From: Minisyncoccota bacterium
GTDB lineage: Bacteria > Patescibacteriota > Minisyncoccia > Moranbacterales > GCA-2747515
Length of the DNA stretch: 64,000 nucleotides
Assembly: GCA_937936355.1 (NCBI GenBank)
Contig: CALDDM010000002.1
Location: 93,173 to 157,172, forward strand
Direction of reading: 5' to 3'
This document shows positions 57,993 to 64,000 of the stretch, piece by piece. The number at the start of each line of letters is the position of its first letter. Position 1 is the stretch's first letter. A program made the position numbers and the translations under genes. A model generated the notes under the pieces. That model saw only the letters and a program-made list of their open reading frames with translations. It ran no database searches and was not told the DNA's origin.

Positions 57993-58562
57993 ATGATTCG
58001 TTTTTTGACGGGAACTGTTTTGGCTAAAGATCTTACTGAGTTGACTGTGGATGTGTCAGGTGTGGGGTATGGCTTGTGGGTGCCAGAAAACACAAGTGCA
58101 AGTACTTCTGAGGGTGAAGATGTGCGTTTGTATGTTTATACGCACGTGCGAGAGCAAGAGATCACGCTTTATGGATTTCTTCATGAGAATGAGCGACGTA
58201 TGTTTGAGATGCTTATTGGTGTGAGTGGTATCGGACCCAAGGCGGGACTTGCGATTCTTGGTGTGGCCGATGTTAGCGCTCTGAGCGCTGCGATCCTCAA
58301 CAAGGATACATCAATTCTTACGAATGTCTCAGGTATCGGCAAGAAAACTGCCGAAAAGGTGATTATAGAGTTGCAGGGTAAGGTTGAGAATTTTGCTGTG
58401 GGTGATGCTGCGAGCGCATTGCGCGATAGTGGCGCTATTGATGCCTTGAAATCGATGGGGTACACCGTGGGCGAAGCGCGCGCAGCGCTTGAAGGCATTG
58501 ATCCATCTGTGCAGGATGTCAGTGAGCGGATCAAGCTTGCGCTCAAGAGTTTGGGTAAGTAG
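57993..58562 (+). CDS. ruvA: Holliday junction DNA-binding protein RuvA
   Basis: VSGVGY, HVRE...LYGF, two HhH motifs (VSGIGPK, VSGIGKKTA) and ALKSMGY. Confidence 0.98.
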   Translation: MIRFLTGTVLAKDLTELTVDVSGVGYGLWVPENTSASTSEGEDVRLYVYTHVREQEITLYGFLHENERRMFEMLIGVSGIGPKAGLAILGVADVSALSAAILNKDTSILTNVSGIGKKTAEKVIIELQGKVENFAVGDAASALRDSGAIDALKSMGYTVGEARAALEGIDPSVQDVSERIKLALKSLGK

Positions 58563-58624
58563 GCGATCTTGGATTGGTAAGAGCCTCTTTTAAGCGTGTC
58601 TTGTGAGATATCTTTCAGAATATG

Positions 58625-58658
58625 AAAAAAGCGCCCCGATAAATAATCGTGGGCGCTT
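58625..58658 (-). terminator. Intrinsic terminator
   Basis: On the minus strand: AAGCGCCCACGAT-TATTT-ATCGGGGCGC-TTTTTT. Confidence 0.8.
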
Positions 58659-58840
58659 GGTACTTCCGGTCAGACGGTACAGGCTTACAAGCATGTCGCA
58701 CGGTCTGTTCGCGCTTTCCACTAACCTGTTGCTTTATAATCTCATTATAACTCCTTGCCTCACTTGAGGTCGTTGAAATTCCGGCGATTTTTTCTCTGGA
58801 TCGCTGCCTTTTCTTACCCAGCTAAGGGCACGTGACAGTA
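58625..58840 (-). ncRNA. Candidate non-coding / mini-ORF transcript
   Basis: About 215 nt between a consensus promoter and a terminator. It contains only an SD-led three-codon ORF (ATG AGA TTA TAA, 58745-58734). Confidence 0.4.
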
Positions 58841-58845
58841 GATAC

Positions 58846-58874
58846 ATAATATCATATAATATATATTATGTCAA
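58846..58874 (-). promoter_or_regulatory. Near-consensus extended sigma70 promoter
   Basis: Minus strand TTGACA(58874-58869)-17-TATTAT(58851-58846) with extended TG. It sits just past the terminator of the pseudouridine synthase gene. Confidence 0.75.
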
Positions 58875-58879
58875 TACAT

Positions 58880-58905
58880 AAAAAACCGCTTACAAGAGCG
58901 GTTTT
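58880..58905 (-). terminator. Intrinsic terminator
   Basis: AAAAAACCGCT-TACAAG-AGCGGTTTT. Confidence 0.75.
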
Positions 58906-58928
58906 GGTGTGTTTATTGTTGATCCTTT

Positions 58929-59648
58929 TTATTTTTCAGATCTCTCTGTGATTTTTGCGATGTTCTCTGGGCGACATTTGCCTGCTGGGAGATCTTCGAG
59001 CTTGATGTTTGCGATGCGAATCCGTTTGAGGTCTGAGATGGTAAGTCCGAGGGCACCGCACATTTTACGGATCTGCCTATTGCGGCCCTCTGTGAGGGTT
59101 ATGGTAAACATATTTGCTGTTTTGCGTTTCACTTTAGCCTTTGCTGCTATTTTTTGTTCGCCGCTGTCGCTGATGCGTATTGTGCCAGATGCTAGTTTTT
59201 TGATTCCGCTGTCGCTGATTGGACTCTGGAGCGTAACGAGATATTCTTTTTCATGCTTATATTTGGGATGCGTTATTGCGTTCGCGAGCTCGCCATCGTT
59301 TGTCATGAGGATTAGTCCGCGTGACTCTTTATCGAGTCTTCCTATTGGGAAAACACGGTTTTTGCCAAAATCAAAATCAGCAAGGGATTTTGAACCTTCT
59401 TCAGGAGCTGCTGATGTAATTACGCCTTTTGGCTTGTTGAAAGCAAGAAGGATTTTTTGGGACGCCTCTTCTTGTTTCTTGATGCGCTTTCCATCTACTG
59501 TGATCGTTTCAGAGCCGTCTACTTTTTTGCCAAGTGCAATGTGCTGACCATTTACCGTGATTCGCTTTTCGACGATCATTTTTTCTATAGCACGGCGCGA
59601 TGCTACGCCGCAGCTCGCGAGATATTTTTGTATACGAATTTTTTCCAT
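58929..59648 (-). CDS. rRNA pseudouridine synthase (RsuA/RluB/RluF family) with S4 domain
   Basis: RIQKYLASCGVASRR, NKPKG, IGRLDKESRGL, KEY and EGRNRQIRKM. Confidence 0.96.
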   Translation of the reverse strand: MEKIRIQKYLASCGVASRRAIEKMIVEKRITVNGQHIALGKKVDGSETITVDGKRIKKQEEASQKILLAFNKPKGVITSAAPEEGSKSLADFDFGKNRVFPIGRLDKESRGLILMTNDGELANAITHPKYKHEKEYLVTLQSPISDSGIKKLASGTIRISDSGEQKIAAKAKVKRKTANMFTITLTEGRNRQIRKMCGALGLTISDLKRIRIANIKLEDLPAGKCRPENIAKITERSEK

Positions 59649-59757
59649 AATAGGTAGTTTTTAGTAGAAGTAAATCTACCATGTAATTGTCTTTTTGTAC
59701 AGTATATTTTTTAATTCCCTTGTTGACGCTTGTGTCCAAGGCCGATACCATGTTCAT

Positions 59758-60708
59758 ATGGATAATAATGACATGATGATTCCAGAGGGTGGTTTATTAC
59801 AAAGTGAGCAGTGGGCTGCTTTTTGGTGTGCATCTGATAAGGAGGTGGTGGAAATTTCCTATGGAGGTCATGTGATCTTTGGCGTCCGTACCTTATTGCC
59901 TGTTGTTGGGTTTCATTATCTCTATGTCCCAAGGTTGCCCGAGATTAGTGATGGCTTGTTGCGCGCTATTGTTCGTGCTGCTCAAGACCACCATTGCCAT
60001 TGGGTTCGTGTAGATTTGATGCGTCAGAGTGATGTGGATATTTTGCAAGGAATGTCTGTTGGTGCTTTGCGCGCGCCACATGATATGCAACCAGCTGAAA
60101 ATTTCATCATCGATATCGATGATGCGCCAGAAGATTTGCTCGGGCACATGAAGGCAAAGACACGTTACAATATCCGCCTCGCACAAAAAAAGGATGTAGA
60201 GGTATCAGTTGTGCGCGCAGGCGATCATGATTTTACCGAGTCTTTTGGATCCTTCTATCGCCTTGTAGAGGAAACCGCTCGACGAAAGGGTGTGCGATTC
60301 CATGATAAGTCGCATTATGCGCACATGTTTACGGCGCTGTCGCGCGATGTTATTGCTTTGTATGTTGCAAAATATCAGAATGAAATTATCGCAGCAAATA
60401 TAGTGACGTTTTATGGTGATACGGTGACGTACCTACATGGTGCCACAGGAGAGGCGCATCGCAGTGTGATGGCGCCGTTTCTTCTGCAATGGCAGGCAAT
60501 TCTGGACGCAAAGGATCGTGGGTGTACACGCTGTGATTTGGGTGGGTACTATACGTCAACAGATGATCCTGGTAAGCAGGGCATCTCACGCTTCAAAAAG
60601 GGTTTTGCACCTCAGGTAATTCCCACGGTGTCTGCTGGATCGTGGGACATTACTATTTCTCCTTTGTGTTATAGGGCGTATCAGTTTCTGCGCAAATTAA
60701 AGGGGTAA
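59758..60708 (+). CDS. FemAB/FemX family peptidoglycan interpeptide-bridge aminoacyltransferase
   Basis: LLQSEQW, KTRYNIRLAQKKDV, TYLHGA, LLQWQAI and GISRFKKGF. Start moved to ATG 59758. Confidence 0.9.
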   Translation: MDNNDMMIPEGGLLQSEQWAAFWCASDKEVVEISYGGHVIFGVRTLLPVVGFHYLYVPRLPEISDGLLRAIVRAAQDHHCHWVRVDLMRQSDVDILQGMSVGALRAPHDMQPAENFIIDIDDAPEDLLGHMKAKTRYNIRLAQKKDVEVSVVRAGDHDFTESFGSFYRLVEETARRKGVRFHDKSHYAHMFTALSRDVIALYVAKYQNEIIAANIVTFYGDTVTYLHGATGEAHRSVMAPFLLQWQAILDAKDRGCTRCDLGGYYTSTDDPGKQGISRFKKGFAPQVIPTVSAGSWDITISPLCYRAYQFLRKLKG

Positions 60709-60714
60709 ACATAT

Positions 60715-60740
60715 GGAGGGAAATATTTCCCTCCTTTTTT
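60715..60740 (+). terminator. Intrinsic terminator
   Basis: GGAGGGAAATATTTCCCTCC palindrome followed by TTTTTT. Confidence 0.75.
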
Positions 60741-60778
60741 AATGGTTAATTTTTGAAATTTCGTTTATACTTGATTTC

Positions 60779-62122
60779 ATGGAATCTCTCTTAATCTTTT
60801 TGAAGAAAATCATTCCGCGGCAACTCTTTAGGGTGTTGCAGCCTTTTTACCACCGACTTCTTAATTGGCTTGCTGCAGTGTGGTATCGTCACCCGAGTGA
60901 GGAGATGATCGTCATTGGTGTGACTGGAACAACTGGCAAGACAACAGTTGTTTATATGATTGCCCAGATGTTGCAGAATTCTGGTAAGACTGTGGGGTAC
61001 ACTTCTACGGCAATGTTTGGTGATGGTAAAAAAGAGTGGCTTAATGATAAAAAAATGACCATGCTTGGCCGTTTTTTTACGCAGCGTATGCTCCGTACTA
61101 TGGTGGATAATGGCTGTGAATATGCGATTGTCGAGACAACATCAGAGGGTGCTGTGCAATTTCGTCATCGATATATCAACTATGACCTTTTTCTGATAAC
61201 AGGGTTGTACCCTGAGCATATAGATTCACATGGAAGCTTTGAGAATTACAAAGCTGCTAAGCTTTCTCTTTTTGCGCATTTGACATCTTGTCCGGAGAAA
61301 CAGATTACTCGTCAGGCTAAAGAACTTGCCAAGAGCATCATTGTGCACGGTGACGATGAGCACGCAGTAGACTTTCTCGCTTTTGATGGCGTTGGTAAAC
61401 ATGTCTTTGCGCGTTCTGGATCGCAGATTGCCCATCTTGCAGGTGACAAGATGTATTATAAGTATATAGAAACAACTTCTCGTGGTGTGCGATTTCAATT
61501 GGAGGGTGAGGATGTTCAATTGCAGCTGCTCGGTGACTTTACTGCGACCAATGCCTGTGCTGCAGCAGTTGTTGGTAAAGTCCTTGGTCTGTCGCTTGCA
61601 GAGATTGGAAGTGGGTTGGAGGGTATTGAAGGTATACCAGGACGTTTGGAGCGTTTGCACTGCGGTCAGGATTTTGAAGTGATTGTTGACTACGCGTTTG
61701 AGCCTGTTGCTGTCAAAAAACTTTATGAAACTGTATCACATCTTTTGCCTGAGCGAATCATCCATGTACTTGGTTCGACTGGGGGTGGGCGTGATGTAGC
61801 GCGCCGTGGTGAACTGGGCACGATTGCTGGACATAACGCGTCAATCGTCATCGTGACCAATGAGGATCCGTATGATGACGATCCGATGGAGATTATGCTA
61901 GGTGTTGCTCGAAGTGCGCGCGATGCAGGTAAGTCTGATGACCGGGATCTCTACATTATTGAAGACCGTCGCCGTGCTATAGAAAAGGCGTTAAGCTTAG
62001 CTGAGCCTGGTGATGTGGTCCTCATCACGGGGAAGGGTTGTGAGCAGGCGATTGCAGTCGCTGATGGCAAAAAAATCCCATGGGATGATCGTGTCATTGC
62101 GCGTGAGATGCTCTGTTCGTAG
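60779..62122 (+). CDS. murE: UDP-N-acetylmuramoyl-tripeptide synthetase (MurE-type Mur ligase)
   Basis: GVTGTTGKTT, VETTSEG, EHIDSHGSFENYKAAK, PGRLE, VDYA, GGGRD, TNEDP and GKG.E. Confidence 0.9.
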   Translation: MESLLIFLKKIIPRQLFRVLQPFYHRLLNWLAAVWYRHPSEEMIVIGVTGTTGKTTVVYMIAQMLQNSGKTVGYTSTAMFGDGKKEWLNDKKMTMLGRFFTQRMLRTMVDNGCEYAIVETTSEGAVQFRHRYINYDLFLITGLYPEHIDSHGSFENYKAAKLSLFAHLTSCPEKQITRQAKELAKSIIVHGDDEHAVDFLAFDGVGKHVFARSGSQIAHLAGDKMYYKYIETTSRGVRFQLEGEDVQLQLLGDFTATNACAAAVVGKVLGLSLAEIGSGLEGIEGIPGRLERLHCGQDFEVIVDYAFEPVAVKKLYETVSHLLPERIIHVLGSTGGGRDVARRGELGTIAGHNASIVIVTNEDPYDDDPMEIMLGVARSARDAGKSDDRDLYIIEDRRRAIEKALSLAEPGDVVLITGKGCEQAIAVADGKKIPWDDRVIAREMLCS

Positions 62123-62224
62123 ATTTGAGATAGGCTATGAAGCGCCTTTTTACAGTCGCTTTGCAGTTGACTTATTATAATATATGTAGTATGGTATATT
62201 TAAGTAAAAGAAGAGGATAATAAA

Positions 62225-62551
62225 TTGCTTACAGTACTAAAAGAAGTGCCTGGGGAAAAAAACTTTCAAGCAGAGCAAATCTTTCGTGATTTGGAAGATT
62301 TTGTTACTGGATCTGGTCAGGATTTTTCGCTTTTTGTGGCTGCGTTCATGGCTCGTGATGAGGTATTGAAGCCCGATGATATCGCCGAGGCTTTGTATGA
62401 TTTCGCAATGGATGGTGGTTGTCTGGATAATACGGATTTAACGCTAAGTTGCTTGGAGTGCGCGCTCCGCCTCAAGGCAGATTTTCCACTATGCTTCGAG
62501 GAGCTCAGAGCTCTGCAGGTACAAACAATGCGACCAACGCTCTTGTTGTAG
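62225..62551 (+). CDS. Hypothetical acidic protein
   Basis: TTG start with a GAGG SD, upstream TTGACT-17-TATGGT and a downstream terminator. Confidence 0.6.
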   Translation: MLTVLKEVPGEKNFQAEQIFRDLEDFVTGSGQDFSLFVAAFMARDEVLKPDDIAEALYDFAMDGGCLDNTDLTLSCLECALRLKADFPLCFEELRALQVQTMRPTLLL

Positions 62552-62569
62552 TATGTATTGATTTTATAG

Positions 62570-62604
62570 AAAGCGCGCTGTCAAATCTATGATGGTGCGT
62601 TTTT
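62570..62604 (+). terminator. Intrinsic terminator
   Basis: AAAGCGCGCTGTCA-AATCTA-TGATGGTGCGTTTTT (G-U-containing stem). Confidence 0.6.
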
Positions 62605-62781
62605 ATTATGCGAAAAACTGAATGGGATATTCGTGATGAAGTCATATGTGTTTCTGGGCTCGGGAAGCATAAGAACTCACATAAATCCTAGCTCTGCTGC
62701 GAAAGGTGCCGCATGAGCATGTGAGTTCTGGGTTATCTCTTTGTTTAACTGAGGTATCGTTGATACTTGTGAGGAATTCTT

Positions 62782-63243
62782 TTATACGAGAAATGTTTCG
62801 ATGAGCCAAATACAGCCGAGTGAGACGAGTGTTCCTACTGTTATGCCTCCGGCTACTTCGTTTGCATAGTGACCTACGCGCTCTTTGAGCTTCGGGAAGT
62901 CTTCTTTGTGTTCGATATCATCAAGTGTTGCGACAAGCTTGTTGATGGTTTTTCCTTGGAGGCCGATATTTATACGGACCCGCATCGCGTCGTAGATGGT
63001 GATGATTGCAAAGCCTGCGGCTACCGCGAATGCAGGGCTTTCTACGCCATTGTAATATCCAATCATTACGACGAGTGATGTAACAAATGCGCTATGTGCG
63101 CTTGGAAAATGTCCAGGTGCAAAGGCATAATCCCAGTTTAGGCCGTGGCGCAGTGTAAAGCGGAGAAATTTAATGCCTTGTGCAATTGCAAGTACGACGA
63201 TCGGGATGAGGAAGAGTTTGTTGGTAAGGATAAAGGTGTCCAT
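62782..63243 (-). CDS. Divergent PAP2 family protein (DUF212)
   Basis: AQGIK, GHFPSAHSAFV, YDAMRVR...G.QG...N and LKERVGH...EV.GG. Confidence 0.92.
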   Translation of the reverse strand: MDTFILTNKLFLIPIVVLAIAQGIKFLRFTLRHGLNWDYAFAPGHFPSAHSAFVTSLVVMIGYYNGVESPAFAVAAGFAIITIYDAMRVRINIGLQGKTINKLVATLDDIEHKEDFPKLKERVGHYANEVAGGITVGTLVSLGCIWLIETFLV

Positions 63244-63418
63244 ATTTTTATATGTGGGATTTCGAGGTTCTTATTACACAGCATTGTATCATGATTGTGT
63301 TTTATGCGGTATATTTCCTCATATTTTCACCTTCCTTTTTCTCGTGGCTTCTTTTCTTTTTCTTTACTTGACATGTATTTTGTGTTACTTTTTAATTATT
63401 ATAATTGTACAATTTTTT

Positions 63419-63997
63419 ATGGGATTTTTAGGAGTTTTGGGTGCCGGTGTGATTGCTTTGGTAGCAGCTGTTATCGGTATTTATAATGGACTAGTTCGTT
63501 TACGTGCAAATGTTGATGAGGCGTGGAGTGGTATTGATGTTCAGTTGAAGCGTCGTTATGACTTGATTCCAAACCTTGTCGAGACAGTAAAGGGCTATGC
63601 AAAGCATGAGAAGGAAACCTTGACCGAGGTAATGGAAGCTCGCTCCAAGGCAACTTCTATGAATATTGATATTTCTAAAGTGACACCAGAGATGATGTCG
63701 CAGTTTTCGCAAGCGCAATCTGGTATCAGTGGAGCTCTTGGTAAGCTTTTTGCTGTTGCAGAGGCGTATCCAGATCTCAAGGCAAATGAAAATTTCCTTA
63801 AGCTTCAAGAAGAATTAAGTATTATAGAGGATGCTATTCAATCATCCCGGCGATACTTCAATGGTACTGTGCGAGACTATAATGTACGTATAGAAACTGT
63901 GCCAAGTAATATTATTGCTGGCATGTTTAATTTTGCTAAGCGAGAATTCTTTAAGATTGCTGAGGTTGAAAAGGAGAATGTAAAGGTTCAGTTTTAA
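63419..63997 (+). CDS. lemA: LemA family protein
   Basis: YNGLV...AWSGIDVQLKRRYDLIPNLVETVKGYAKHE and EAYPDLKANENF. Start moved to ATG 63419. Confidence 0.97.
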   Translation: MGFLGVLGAGVIALVAAVIGIYNGLVRLRANVDEAWSGIDVQLKRRYDLIPNLVETVKGYAKHEKETLTEVMEARSKATSMNIDISKVTPEMMSQFSQAQSGISGALGKLFAVAEAYPDLKANENFLKLQEELSIIEDAIQSSRRYFNGTVRDYNVRIETVPSNIIAGMFNFAKREFFKIAEVEKENVKVQF

Positions 63998-64000
63998 TTT

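Noticed and set aside
62650..62730. SRP (4.5S) RNA
   Set aside because: A long hairpin is present, but the conserved CAGG-..-GNRA-..-AGCAG arrangement of SRP helix 8 is not matched on either strand.
1..64000. Genetic code 25 (TGA = Gly) as in Gracilibacteria/Absconditabacteria
   Set aside because: Conserved genes are full length under code 11, and TGA ends dnaA, jag and gdh at their expected C-termini.
1..64000. CRISPR array, tRNA or rRNA genes
   Set aside because: No regularly spaced direct repeats, tRNA T-arm/acceptor patterns or rRNA-like sequence were seen by eye. A tRNAscan/Infernal run would be the definitive check.

Overview
Chromosomal segment spanning the replication origin of a small-genome bacterium, most likely Patescibacteria/CPR (Parcubacteria-like). 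The taxonomy is inferred from gene content and protein styles. Genetic code 11 applies, since TGA acts as a stop. The window opens with the conserved origin cluster (flippase-jag-yidC-rnpA-rpmH <> dnaA-oriC-dnaN-dciA). rpmH and the flippase were missing from the ORF track and were read by hand. oriC (DnaA boxes plus DnaA-trio-like repeats) lies between dnaA and dnaN. The rest mixes three gene sets. (1) Housekeeping: ruvA/B/C scattered over three loci, polA, holA, rpsT, tsaE, yebC, a pseudouridine synthase, pgl-tal-gdh. (2) Cell envelope: class A PBP, GT2, WecA/MraY, FemAB, MurE, LemA, a giant with 8 lamin-tail domains, and a tandem double PilB/GspE ATPase. (3) Accessory units. The most unusual structure is at 28.4-31.9 kb: three promoter-leader-gene(s)-terminator cassettes share one leader architecture (sigma70 promoter, hairpin, boxA-like GTTGTTTAATA, hairpin-CGGAG SD) and drive orphan Cys-paired secreted proteins and membrane proteins. 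Two more promoter-to-terminator units with no credible protein (40.4-40.7 kb on +, 58.6-58.85 kb on -) are candidate novel ncRNAs. Also notable: a 7TM + ATP-grasp::retropepsin fusion operon, a stand-alone Mu Gam-like gene divergent from a TrmB regulator with an operator-like palindrome, and several pseudoenzymes (kinase, PP2C-like, DHH). No tRNA, rRNA, CRISPR array, integrase or transposase was recognised. All family calls come from motif recognition by eye, not database searches.
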